A stretch of 64,000 nt of DNA from Deltaproteobacteria bacterium (GTDB taxonomy: Bacteria > Desulfobacterota > Desulfobaccia > Desulfobaccales > 0-14-0-80-60-11). Location of the stretch: positions 6,705 through 70,704 of the forward strand of contig QZIZ01000113.1 of assembly GCA_003599195.1 (NCBI GenBank), read 5' to 3'. The translations under genes were made by a program, and so were the position numbers. Positions 9,645 to 18,193 of the stretch are shown here, in pieces; position 1 is the stretch's first letter, and every line of letters starts with the position of its first letter. The notes under the pieces were generated by a model. It was not told where the DNA came from. It did not search any database and worked only from the letters and a program-made list of their open reading frames with translations.

Positions 9645-10913
9645 TTAAATGGTCAGGCTCTGGGACGAAAAACCGCCCTTGGACAGAAATTGCTCCCGTC
9701 CTGATAAATCCTCGGCCCTGATCCGGTGCTTCTTGGCCAGACGGGCCAAGACCTCCAGGACGAAGTCGATCTGCCGGTCTTCATGGGTGCTCATGTAGGC
9801 GGTACGGATCACCGCTTGCCCTTTGGGCACTGCCGGAAAGATGGCCGGCAGGGCGAACACGCCTTCCTCAAAAAGGTCCCGGGCAAAAGCGAAGGCCTTC
9901 AGGTCGTCCCCGATATGGATGGGTATAATGGGGGTTTTTGATTCTCCGGTAACGAGACCGATCTCCCGATAGCCGGCTTGTACTCTGCGGACGATCTCCC
10001 AAAGGCGGGGAACCCTGTCCGGATCTTGCTCCAGGATGTCCAGGCAGCCCAATACCGTGGCCGCATTGCTGGCGGGCAGGGCCGCGGAAAAGATCAGGGG
10101 CCGGGAATGATGGCGCAAATATTCCATGACGTCTTCATCGTCGGCGGCGATGAACCCACCCACGGAAGCCAGGGCCTTGCTGAAAGTGCCCATGATGAAA
10201 TCAACTTCGCTGTTCAAGCCGAAGTGGGCCACCGTGCCCCGTCCCTGGGGGCCCATGACTCCCAGGCCATGGGCGTCATCCAGGTAGATGAGTAAATCCG
10301 GAAATTCCTCTTTTAACTGCACCAGTTCCGGAAGCGGAGAGAGATCCCCGGACATGCTGAACACCCCTTCGGTGATCAACAATACCAGTCCGTGGGGATT
10401 TTTCTCCTTCATGGAGGCGAGTTTTTGGGCTGCGGCCTCCACATCGTTATGGGCAAAAGGAACCAGCCGGGCGCGGGAGGCCTGGCAACCTTCGAAGATG
10501 CTGGCGTGATTTTCCCGGTCGCAGAGGATCATATCCTGAGGAGTTAGCAAACAGGCGATGGATCCCAGGTTGGTGCTGAAGCCGGTGACGTGCACTACCG
10601 CTTTTTTCTTGTGGACAAAGGCCGCCAGACGCTCTTCCAGGACTTCGTGCAAGACCAGATTGCCGCACAGGAAACGGGACCCCCCCGCGCCCGTTCCCCA
10701 ATGACGCATAGCTCTTGCAGCCGCTTCCATTACCCGGGGGTCATGACTCAAGCCCAGGTAATCATTGGAACCGATCATTATGAGCCGCCGGCCGTTCACC
10801 TCCACCTCGGTCCCCCACGACTGAGATAAAGGGCGAAAATAGGGGTAGTATCCCCCTGCTTTGCCGGCTTGCACGTAGCGGGCAAAAGGTTGGCAGCGTG
10901 CTTTTAGTGACAT
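9645..10913 (-). CDS. Alpha-oxoamine synthase family PLP enzyme (serine palmitoyltransferase / BioF / KBL-like)
   Basis: 422 aa. Motifs GSNDYLGL, DDAHGLG and the PLP-lysine context GTFSKALASVGG. The N-terminal YYPYFRPL...EVEVNGRRLIMIGSNDYLGL looks Spt-like to me. Subfamily is not resolvable without a phylogeny. Confidence 0.85.
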   Translation of the reverse strand: MSLKARCQPFARYVQAGKAGGYYPYFRPLSQSWGTEVEVNGRRLIMIGSNDYLGLSHDPRVMEAAARAMRHWGTGAGGSRFLCGNLVLHEVLEERLAAFVHKKKAVVHVTGFSTNLGSIACLLTPQDMILCDRENHASIFEGCQASRARLVPFAHNDVEAAAQKLASMKEKNPHGLVLLITEGVFSMSGDLSPLPELVQLKEEFPDLLIYLDDAHGLGVMGPQGRGTVAHFGLNSEVDFIMGTFSKALASVGGFIAADDEDVMEYLRHHSRPLIFSAALPASNAATVLGCLDILEQDPDRVPRLWEIVRRVQAGYREIGLVTGESKTPIIPIHIGDDLKAFAFARDLFEEGVFALPAIFPAVPKGQAVIRTAYMSTHEDRQIDFVLEVLARLAKKHRIRAEDLSGREQFLSKGGFSSQSLTI

Positions 10914-10947
10914 ATCAGAATCTGCTCCTCCCCCGTATGTCTATACC

Positions 10948-10976
10948 TTTTTAATGGTATCTTAAGAAAAAGTCAA
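10948..10976 (-). promoter_or_regulatory. Candidate sigma-70 promoter of the 7-gene operon
   Basis: Minus strand has TTGACT (10976-10971), a 17-nt spacer and TAAAAA (10953-10948). A GGGGGAGGAG Shine-Dalgarno lies just upstream of the ATG at 10913. Located in a 417-bp AT-rich spacer. Confidence 0.4.
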
Positions 10977-11330
10977 CCGTATTTAATCACAAGGCCTAGA
11001 GCGCTTCCCCTGTTTCTAGGCAAAAAAACCTACATCCCCGTTTATGTAACTTATCCCTGAATCGAACCTCCTTGGCTAAGTATATGATATTACATACCAT
11101 TCATCCGACCGCAATAAGACTTGCCTTTATTGACCGAGATTAAACTTTCCCAAGACATCTTAAGTCATAAAAGAGCGTTATACCAGAAGAAAGATGCGAT
11201 GATAAATAAAAATATCACCGAATCTTAACCCCGGGTCCTGTCATCCGCTTGCGGAGCCGCAATCCGGGCCTTTGGCATCCCCTGAGATTATCCTTAGACA
11301 GGTTCCTTGGCCCGCTCTCGCGCAAGATTT

Positions 11331-12689
11331 TTAAATATCCGGCGGTTTGTTTCCTGCCGGTGATCCCTTCAGAAACCCCCGGATGCTCACCGCCTGATCC
11401 CAGGTCAGGTGCAGGCGCTCCGGATACCAGAACTGCGGAGGCACCCGCTCTCCGGCCGCCTGCGGAGGGGAGCCGGAGTTATCCAGGCCCTGGTAAAAAT
11501 CCCGGGAGGCTCGGCTCATTCCGCCATAGAGCTTTTCCCAGGGCGTCAGGGCCATTATCTGCCCGGCGGCCATGACGGCCAGGAGCGCCAGCGGCGCCAG
11601 ACGGACTGCGGGGCGCTTATCCATCCGGCGTTGCCAGATACCCCAGGCCAAACCCAGTAGGATCAGGCTTCCCATCAGGGTGTAGACCGCGTAGCGGGGA
11701 GCAAAGGCTTGATTCAGGCCTCTCTGGTAGCGGGCCAGAGAGACCAGAAAAAAGGGCAAGGCGTTAAGGGTCAGGGCCCAAAGGCCCAGACGCTTCTCCC
11801 GGGGTTCCCCCCAATGCCAAATCAGCCCCAGGCTGACCACCAGGGCCGCGCCCCCCAACATGTAGGCCCGCACCGGGTAATGATAATGTCCCCAAAATAA
11901 ATAAATAAAGGGGGAAAGGCAAGCCGCAAAAAGGAAGTGCAGCAAATAAGCGGGGCCGGGCAAACCGGCCACGATTCCCCGGTTGTGGCTGGCTGCGGCC
12001 GTAAAACCGGCAAAGGTAAAATATCCCCAGGAGAACAGCAGGAAAGGCAGCGCCACCGCCGCGGTCACCGCCAGGAACTGGCGGCGTTTCTCTTTGCCTC
12101 CGAGGATGGCGATATATAACGGCAGGGTCCAGACCGCCAGGATGGTGAAGTTCCAGGAAAGCAGGGACAGACCGACGCACAAAGCGATGCCCCCCAGGGA
12201 GGCCTGGGAGGAAGTCTCCAGATAGCGATGCGTCAGCAGCAAACCCAGCAGGAAAAAAATGTAACACATGAGGGCGTTGATATAGAAGGCCACCTGGGTC
12301 AGGCTGGTCAGGGCCGCGGCCCCTCCGTAAAATAAACCCAGGAACAGCGCGGTTAGGGGCCGGAAGTGGCGGCGCAGAAATAGGTAATACAAAAAAGCCA
12401 ATAGGCCTCCGGCCAGGCAATTGAGCAGGAGCAGGCGGTCATAGTTCTCCCCGAAGGCGCTCACCAGGCCGTAAGAGACCGCCCGGGACAACGGCATCCA
12501 GACCTCGCCGTCCGGCGTCAGCAGATACTGCCAGAAGGGATGGCTCACCATTTGGGTGAGGATGGCCCAGTCGTCCTCGATGAAAAAAAAGAGCCCGGGA
12601 CGCCAAAACATGGCCACCGGCAGCGCCAGAAAAAGCAGCGCCGCGCCGGCCAGATAGAAACCCCGGGGGTTTGTTGAGGCGAATCTCAT
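11331..12689 (-). CDS. Polytopic membrane protein, ArnT/PMT-like (GT-C) glycosyltransferase suspected
   Basis: 452 aa and hydrophobic throughout, with about 11-13 predicted TM segments by eye. The functional call is weak. Confidence 0.7.
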   Translation of the reverse strand: MRFASTNPRGFYLAGAALLFLALPVAMFWRPGLFFFIEDDWAILTQMVSHPFWQYLLTPDGEVWMPLSRAVSYGLVSAFGENYDRLLLLNCLAGGLLAFLYYLFLRRHFRPLTALFLGLFYGGAAALTSLTQVAFYINALMCYIFFLLGLLLTHRYLETSSQASLGGIALCVGLSLLSWNFTILAVWTLPLYIAILGGKEKRRQFLAVTAAVALPFLLFSWGYFTFAGFTAAASHNRGIVAGLPGPAYLLHFLFAACLSPFIYLFWGHYHYPVRAYMLGGAALVVSLGLIWHWGEPREKRLGLWALTLNALPFFLVSLARYQRGLNQAFAPRYAVYTLMGSLILLGLAWGIWQRRMDKRPAVRLAPLALLAVMAAGQIMALTPWEKLYGGMSRASRDFYQGLDNSGSPPQAAGERVPPQFWYPERLHLTWDQAVSIRGFLKGSPAGNKPPDI

Positions 12690-12714
12690 AAAGACTATCT
12701 GCTTCTGAAAAGTT

Positions 12715-12770
12715 GTCAGTGGCCAGTGGTCAGTGGCCAGTGGTCAGTGGCCAGTGGTCAGTGGTCAGTA
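12715..12770. repeat. Heptamer tandem array (GGCCAGT/GGTCAGT) x8
   Basis: Read directly: gtcagtggccagtggtcagtggccagtggtcagtggccagtggtcagtggtcagt. Confidence 0.95.
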
Positions 12771-12808
12771 AAAACCAAGGTACCTCCTGGAACTACTCCT
12801 TCTAACCT

Positions 12809-12862
12809 CGTTCCCAAGCTCTGCTTGGGAACGCCGATTTCCCGTCCAAGCTCTGCTTGGAC
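12809..12862. repeat. Double-hairpin element (cgttcccaagc-tct-gcttgggaacg, then gtccaagc-tct-gcttggac); second copy at 40623-40668
   Basis: Two perfect short hairpins. The reverse complement matches agcttggacgggaaattggcattcccaagcggagcttgtgaacg at 40623-40668 with only a few mismatches. Confidence 0.9.
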
Positions 12863-12998
12863 ACCACTTTTTCTCCCTCCCCCTGCCCAGAGGGTCCCCG
12901 TTCTCCCCTGCCATTGACTGACGGGGGAGAGGGCTGGGGGCAAGCTTTTCATATTTTACTAGTGCGCCGCAGGCCCAGGAATGGCTGCTAAGAAAATA

Positions 12999-13031
12999 GT
13001 TCCGAGTTCCCGGTTCAAGGTTCAAAGTTTC
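12999..13031. repeat. Heptamer tandem array (GTTCCGA GTTCCCG GTTCAAG GTTCAAA)
   Basis: Read directly. Related to the TTCAAGG arrays at 36751-36873. Confidence 0.85.
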
Positions 13032-13220
13032 TATGGTTAAAATATTAGATAGGCGCCGACGCCAAATAGTTAGCTTCTCTCCCGCTATCCCGGATTGCGG
13101 TTCCGCCCTACGCCTTCAGCCCCGGGGCCGGAGAGTTGCTTTTTCCCGGCAACTCCTGTACAAATTTACCTCAGGAGCGCCTCTGGCAATATATCAGAGG
13201 GAGCAACGGGGGGGAAGAAA

Positions 13221-14054
13221 TTGTTGGCAGGAAAGAAAGTGCTGGTGGTCATGCCCGCGTATAACGCGGCCCTCACCCTGGAACGCACCTTTCAGGACAT
13301 CCCTTTCGACATTGTGGACGAAGTCCTGCTGGTGGACGACGCCTCCCACGACGAGACCCTGGAAGTCGCTCATAAGCTGGGAATCCGCTGCTTCTTGCAC
13401 GAGCGGAATCTGGGCTACGGCCGCAACCAGAAGACCTGCTACACCGAAGCTCTGAAACTGGGGGCGGACATCGTGGTCATGGTCCACCCCGACTACCAGT
13501 ATTCCCCCAAAATCATCCCGGCCCTGGCCGGGTTGGTGGCCAGCGGCGAATACGACGCGGCCCTGGGCTCCCGCATCCTGGGGGGCAAGGCCCGCCAGGG
13601 CGGCATGCCGGTTTATAAATACCTGGCCAACCGTTTCTTGACCGCGTTTCAGAACCTGCTGTTAGGGGCGAAACTCTCGGAATACCACACCGGGTTCCGG
13701 GCCTTTTCCCGGAAGGTGCTGGAGACCCTGCCCCTGTGGGAGAATTCCGACGATTTCCTGTTCGACAACGAGATGTTGTCCCAGACCATCTTTTTCGGGT
13801 TCCGGGTGGGCGAAGCGTCTTGCCCCACCCGCTATTTCGCGGAGGCCTCCTCCATCAATTTTCCCCGGAGCGTCAAATACGGCCTGGGAGTCCTCGCCAC
13901 CTCCGTAAAGGTCTTCCTGCAGCGGCGGAACTGGGGCCAGTTCCGCATCTTCTCTCCTTCAGGACGGGGCTTGATGGATCCTTCTTATTATTCCGAGAGG
14001 ACTCCGCCGCTGGAGTCGCCCCTGACCCCGGGAAATCCTTCCAGCAGTGGATGA
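13221..14054 (+). CDS. Family-2 glycosyltransferase (dolichyl/polyprenyl-phosphate sugar transferase-like)
   Basis: Motifs [28 protein letters not shown] and [10 protein letters not shown]. The track ORF starts at 13095 inside the repeat-rich spacer. I prefer TTG at 13221 after GGGGGAAGA. An ATG at 13251 is also possible. Confidence 0.85.
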   Translation: MLAGKKVLVVMPAYNAALTLERTFQDIPFDIVDEVLLVDDASHDETLEVAHKLGIRCFLHERNLGYGRNQKTCYTEALKLGADIVVMVHPDYQYSPKIIPALAGLVASGEYDAALGSRILGGKARQGGMPVYKYLANRFLTAFQNLLLGAKLSEYHTGFRAFSRKVLETLPLWENSDDFLFDNEMLSQTIFFGFRVGEASCPTRYFAEASSINFPRSVKYGLGVLATSVKVFLQRRNWGQFRIFSPSGRGLMDPSYYSERTPPLESPLTPGNPSSSG

Positions 14055-14113
14055 AAAAAGTTCCAGGTTTCAATTTTTGTAGTGCGCTTTGCGCACCCTG
14101 AAAGTTCTTTAAA

Positions 14114-15079
14114 CTAAACTCCCCCTACCCTACCCTCCTGCAACCCTTCCATCTCATAAAGCTCTGACAAGGTTGCGCCCTGCACCGGGCCGGTTTTCTT
14201 CAGCCAGGTCAGGAACGCCCGGATTTTGCCCACCAATCCTTCCACCGCGGCCTCCGTGGGGAATTGGGGGTTGCCTCCGAGGGCCAGTTCCGAGGAATGG
14301 AGGAACAGGTGCAGCACCCGGCCCCCCCGTCTCCGGTGCAGCCGCGCGGCCAGGCGCATGGAAGGCAGGGGATACCAGACGGGATTAACGCCCGCGGCCA
14401 GGACGTAGGGGAACCAGGAGCGTAAGCGTTCCCCTCTGGCGCCGGGAAAGATCGAGGAGACCCGGTAAACCAGGCGGGCAGAGGCCGGACACACCGCCAC
14501 CATGGTCACCGGCGCCTCCACCAGAGGCGCTGCTTCCGCTGCCGGGAGCTGCAACCGGAAAGGATCGTTGGGCGCCAGGAATTGTTGGGGTCCCCCCACT
14601 TTTTGGGTCAGGGGCACCATGCTGCTGTCTACTATAAAACCCATCGCCGGCAACAGGGACAATAGCCGCAGCCCCCAGTCGAAGCGGCCCATGCGGAAGG
14701 ACCGGGGCGCGACCCCCAATCCCTCCTGGATGGCAGCCGCCAGGTTGGCCAGCTTTTCTTTGAGAACCGGGAGGGGAATCTTCCCGGAGCGCACCGGCTC
14801 GGGTTCGGGGAACTCTACAAAAGGCGGGGTGTTCCAGGGGTGGAGGTGCGCGCCGATCTCGGCGGCGTAACGGTCCCGCCAATAACGCAAGACCTCCCGG
14901 GCCTCCGGGTCCCGGGCCGCATGGTAGGTGGCCAGGAGCGTTAAAGGAAAGCCGAATTCCCGGGGGATGAACTCCAGGCGCCGCAGTTCGGCGACATTGC
15001 TCACCCCCGCGGGCGTCCGGGCGTATTTCCCGGAAAACAGGCCCTCTTCCTCGACGTCGATGCTGATAACCAGTTTCAT
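14114..15079 (-). CDS. Polysaccharide deacetylase-like protein
   Basis: 321 aa. The N-terminal KLVISIDVEEEGLF and later HLHPW segments resemble CE4-like or related deacetylase families. Call is by recollection. Confidence 0.55.
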   Translation of the reverse strand: MKLVISIDVEEEGLFSGKYARTPAGVSNVAELRRLEFIPREFGFPLTLLATYHAARDPEAREVLRYWRDRYAAEIGAHLHPWNTPPFVEFPEPEPVRSGKIPLPVLKEKLANLAAAIQEGLGVAPRSFRMGRFDWGLRLLSLLPAMGFIVDSSMVPLTQKVGGPQQFLAPNDPFRLQLPAAEAAPLVEAPVTMVAVCPASARLVYRVSSIFPGARGERLRSWFPYVLAAGVNPVWYPLPSMRLAARLHRRRGGRVLHLFLHSSELALGGNPQFPTEAAVEGLVGKIRAFLTWLKKTGPVQGATLSELYEMEGLQEGRVGGV

Positions 15080-15098
15080 CTTCTAAATTAAATACCTT

Positions 15099-15215
15099 AC
15101 CACAGAGACACAGAATACACAGAGATTCACAGAGAATATTTTTTAGTTGGCGGGTTCCCCGCCAACCCAAAATAATTTTCCTCTGTGATTCTCTGTGCTC
15201 TCTGTGCCTCTGTGG
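15099..15215. repeat. Nested palindromic element, CACAGAG family (~117 nt) with central hairpin ttggcggg-ttcc-ccgccaa
   Basis: Left arm is ccacagagacacagaatacacagagattcacagag. Right arm is ctctgtgattctctgtgctctctgtgcctctgtgg. Same architecture as 25113-25232 and 34102-34217. Confidence 0.95.
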
Positions 15216-16433
15216 TTAATCTTTTTTACCCCGCAAATCTATCGCCACCTTGACGCTTTCGAAGCGGGGCTTGTTGAAGGCCGTCCGGAAGGCCCGGCAG
15301 TATTCCTCCAGGGGGAAAAGATGGGACAGCAGCCCCTCTTTGGGGTAATCCCCCCGGGCCAGCAGTTCCACGGCCAGTTCGTAGGTGCGGATCTTTCGTC
15401 CCCGGAAGAAGCCGTAGGAAAACATGGAGGAGCCGGTGAGCTTCAGTTCCCGGAACCAGAGGCTGGAGAGGTCCACCTGGTCCAGGGTCCCCGCGGTGCC
15501 CACCAGCACGTAAGTCCCCCTAGCCCGCAAGGCCAACAGGCCTTCCTGCATCGAGGTTTTGCTGCCCACGCAGTCGAAAAAAAAGTCCGCGCCCCCTTCC
15601 ACGTTCCCGCCCCCCAGGATGGTGGGCAGATGCCGGGCGCCCACGGCCGCGGCCAGCTCCTTGCGGCCTGGTTCCATGAGGACCGTCTCCGCTCCCCCGG
15701 CCCGGGCCAGGTCCTCCTGGAACGGGTAACGGGCCACGGCCACCACCCGGGCTTCGGTCTCTAAAGCCTGAAGGATACGGAGCAACTGTTGGCCGATGAT
15801 CCCCGCGCCGTAGACTACCACCAGGTCTCCGGGCTGCGGGAAATTATCCAGCACCGGCTGCAGGGCCGAAGCCAGGGAATCCACCAGGGCCGCGGCCTCG
15901 TCCGGCATACCCTCGGGCAGCCTTACTAACCGGCTGGGATGCGCGGCCATGAATTCGGCCATGCCCCCGCCCGCGTCCCGGTGAAAGCCGATGATGGCCC
16001 CGGCTGATATTCCTCCCCGGGTGAAATTTTCGCAGAGGTTATACTCCCCCTTAGCGCAGAATCGGCAGGGGGCCAGGCCCCGGGTCTCGCAGGGCAGCAC
16101 CGGCTCCACCGCTACCCTCTCCCCTACCCGCCACTCCGAGCCGGGCGGGGCCTCCACCACCTCCCCCACCACTTCATGGCCCAGGACCGCGGGAAAGGAG
16201 GCATACGGCTCCAGCAGCAGGGATTCCACCCCTTTCAACAGCCGGAGGTCCGAGCCGCAGACGCCGCAGATGCGGGTGCGCAAGACGACCCAGTCCGGGC
16301 CGGGCCTGGAGAGGGTAATTTCCCGGAGCCTTAACGGGGCCAGGCTCGGCAAAAAGCTCCGGGGCCGCAGGCGATACCACAGCCGGGCCAGGAGGTACCG
16401 GGGAACGGAACGGGTATAGACCAGGGCTTGCAT
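15216..16433 (-). CDS. Zinc-dependent alcohol/polyol dehydrogenase (MDR family)
   Basis: Catalytic-zinc context CGVCGSDLRLLKG, GHEVVGEVVE, and Rossmann motif VVVYGAGIIGQ. Confidence 0.9.
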   Translation of the reverse strand: MQALVYTRSVPRYLLARLWYRLRPRSFLPSLAPLRLREITLSRPGPDWVVLRTRICGVCGSDLRLLKGVESLLLEPYASFPAVLGHEVVGEVVEAPPGSEWRVGERVAVEPVLPCETRGLAPCRFCAKGEYNLCENFTRGGISAGAIIGFHRDAGGGMAEFMAAHPSRLVRLPEGMPDEAAALVDSLASALQPVLDNFPQPGDLVVVYGAGIIGQQLLRILQALETEARVVAVARYPFQEDLARAGGAETVLMEPGRKELAAAVGARHLPTILGGGNVEGGADFFFDCVGSKTSMQEGLLALRARGTYVLVGTAGTLDQVDLSSLWFRELKLTGSSMFSYGFFRGRKIRTYELAVELLARGDYPKEGLLSHLFPLEEYCRAFRTAFNKPRFESVKVAIDLRGKKD

Positions 16434-16434
16434 T

Positions 16435-16528
16435 GTCAGTAGCCAGTAGTCAGTTGCCAGTTGCCAGTTGCCAGTTGCCAGTTGCCAGTTGCCAGTTGCC
16501 AGTGATCAGTGATCAGTGATCAGTGATT
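16435..16528. repeat. Compound heptamer arrays: GTCAGTA/GCCAGTA, then (GCCAGTT) x7, then (GATCAGT) x3
   Basis: Read directly: gtcagtagccagtagtcagttgccagttgccagttgcc...agtgatcagtgatcagtgatcagtgattgg. Confidence 0.95.
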
Positions 16529-16599
16529 GGGGTCCCTGGCAGTTAAAAGGAATGTGCCCCGAGAGCCGTGCCTTGTCAAGGCCATTTTGGGAAGATTGC

Positions 16600-16627
16600 T
16601 TGGCTATTGAGCTTAAAGGAGTATAAT
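16600..16627 (+). promoter_or_regulatory. Candidate sigma-70 promoter upstream of the radical-SAM gene
   Basis: TTGGCT (16600-16605), a 16-nt spacer and TATAAT (16622-16627). This would leave a ~170-nt leader containing a hairpin (tccccgc...gcgggga) and a heptamer array. Confidence 0.4.
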
Positions 16628-16764
16628 ATAAAATTTTAAGTGATATCGAGACCTCTGTGAAAAAGTCCCCGCACCTGGTTTCCAGAGATAGCGGGGAAAC
16701 CGATGAATCTTGAACTTACGCGGCGCTAAGGGCTATGAACCGGTTTTTAGGCTGAGGTTTCAAA

Positions 16765-16794
16765 CTCGAAACCCGCAACTCGCAACTCGCAACG
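16765..16794. repeat. Heptamer array (ACTCGAA ACCCGCA ACTCGCA ACTCGCA)
   Basis: Read directly. Same unit family as the palindrome arms at 30034-30120. Confidence 0.85.
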
Positions 16795-16803
16795 GGAAAT
16801 ATA

Positions 16804-18018
16804 ATGGGAAAACACAGCCGAGTGGGCCTGGGGGTGGTGCTGAAGACCATGCGCCAATTGGTCCGCCACCCCTGGATTTATCATAAGCTTGCGGCTTTGC
16901 AGGTGGAAAAAGGGCTTTTCAACCTGGCCTATCCTCCCTCCAGCGAGGGCCGGGGACACCGCATCCGCCAGGTGAGCCTCAGGATCACCGATTTTTGCAA
17001 CCTCCGCTGCCATACCTGCGGCCAATGGGGAGACCGGGGCTTTCTCCGGGGCCAGGACTTAAAGGAATTTAAAAAGCGGGAAGTGCCGGCAAGCCGCTAT
17101 ATCGAGGTCTTTGAAGACCTGAAACGCCACGGCCACCGGCCTCTGCTCTATCTCTGGGGCGGCGAACCCATGCTTTACGAAGGGGCATTGGAGGTCATCA
17201 CTGCGGCCACCAAACTGGGATTCCCCACCTCCATCGCCACCAACGGCACCCGCATCGCCGGTTTCGCCGAGCGCCTGGTCAAGGCTCCTTTGTTCCTGAT
17301 GCAGGTCTCCATCGACGGCCCCACCGCGGCCATCCATAACCGGGCCCGCCCGGGCGTGGGCGGAGCGGATAATTTCGCGGACATCCAGGCCGGGCTGGCC
17401 GCCGTGCGCCAGGCCAGGAAAGCGAATACATCCGGTCTGCCCCTCATCGCCTCCCTCACCACCATTTCCCGGGAAAACTACCGGCATCTCTTAGAGATCT
17501 ACGAAGCCTTCCGGGACAAGGTGGACCTCTTTGTTTTTTACCTGGCCTGGTGGATCGATAAGGACCGGGCCCAGGCCCATGAAGACGACTTTTCCCGGCG
17601 CTTCGGTTTCAAACCCACCCGCCCCTGGGGCTGGGTGGGCGACTGGCAACCCGACGACTACCGGGAACTGAACCGGCAGTTGGAGGAATTGCAGCATCGC
17701 TCCCGCGCCTGGGCCGCGCCCCCGGTCACCCTTATTCCACCTTTCATGGGAGAGGCCGACCTGCGCACTTATTACACCGACCACCGGGCCGACTTCGGCT
17801 TTAACCGCTGCCTGTCCATCTTCCAGGTGGTGGAAGTGAACTCCAACGGCGACCTCTCCCCCTGCCGGGACTACCATGATTACGTGGTGGGCAACCTCAA
17901 GGAAAAGACCATCACCGAGCTGTGGAACTCCGAGGCCTACAAAAAATTCCGCCGCAGCCTGGCCAAAGAGGGCCTGATGCCCGTCTGCTCCCGCTGCTGC
18001 GGGCTGATGGGGTATTGA
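16804..18018 (+). CDS. Radical SAM protein with C-terminal SPASM-type domain
   Basis: CxxxCxxC cluster in DFCNLRCHTCGQWG. C-terminal Cys cluster in SPCRDYHDYVVGNL...PVCSRCCGL. Confidence 0.85.
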   Translation: MGKHSRVGLGVVLKTMRQLVRHPWIYHKLAALQVEKGLFNLAYPPSSEGRGHRIRQVSLRITDFCNLRCHTCGQWGDRGFLRGQDLKEFKKREVPASRYIEVFEDLKRHGHRPLLYLWGGEPMLYEGALEVITAATKLGFPTSIATNGTRIAGFAERLVKAPLFLMQVSIDGPTAAIHNRARPGVGGADNFADIQAGLAAVRQARKANTSGLPLIASLTTISRENYRHLLEIYEAFRDKVDLFVFYLAWWIDKDRAQAHEDDFSRRFGFKPTRPWGWVGDWQPDDYRELNRQLEELQHRSRAWAAPPVTLIPPFMGEADLRTYYTDHRADFGFNRCLSIFQVVEVNSNGDLSPCRDYHDYVVGNLKEKTITELWNSEAYKKFRRSLAKEGLMPVCSRCCGLMGY

Positions 18019-18044
18019 AGCAAGGAAAAAGATAAAAGTAAAAA

Positions 18045-18180
18045 CTATACATAGCGAAATTAAATATTTGCGCATTTTTCACCTTTGCGCTCTCTGCGTC
18101 TCTGCGAGATAAAAAGGTTTCTCGCAGAGACGCAGAGGCGCAGAGAATGCTAAGCGTGATTAATTAATTCGCTCTGTATA
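18045..18180. repeat. Nested palindromic element, CGCAGAG family
   Basis: Core is ctttgcgctctctgcgtctctgcgag-ataaaaaggttt-ctcgcagagacgcagaggcgcagag. Outer arms are tatacatagcgaaattaaat and attaattaattcgctctgtata. Confidence 0.9.
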
Positions 18181-18193
18181 AAAACGGCATTAG

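Noticed and set aside
12726-13025. Small track ORFs in the 12.7-13.0 kb spacer (12726..12917, 12758..12952, 12765..13025)
   Set aside because: They read through heptamer arrays and hairpin repeats, giving products such as MVSGQWSVASGQWSV. They are low-complexity, overlap each other on both strands, and have no RBS.
12715-16528. Heptamer arrays considered as a possible CRISPR array
   Set aside because: The units are 7 nt and directly abutting, with no unique spacers. No 24-40-nt repeat, leader or cas genes are present. They are microsatellite-like arms of palindromes.
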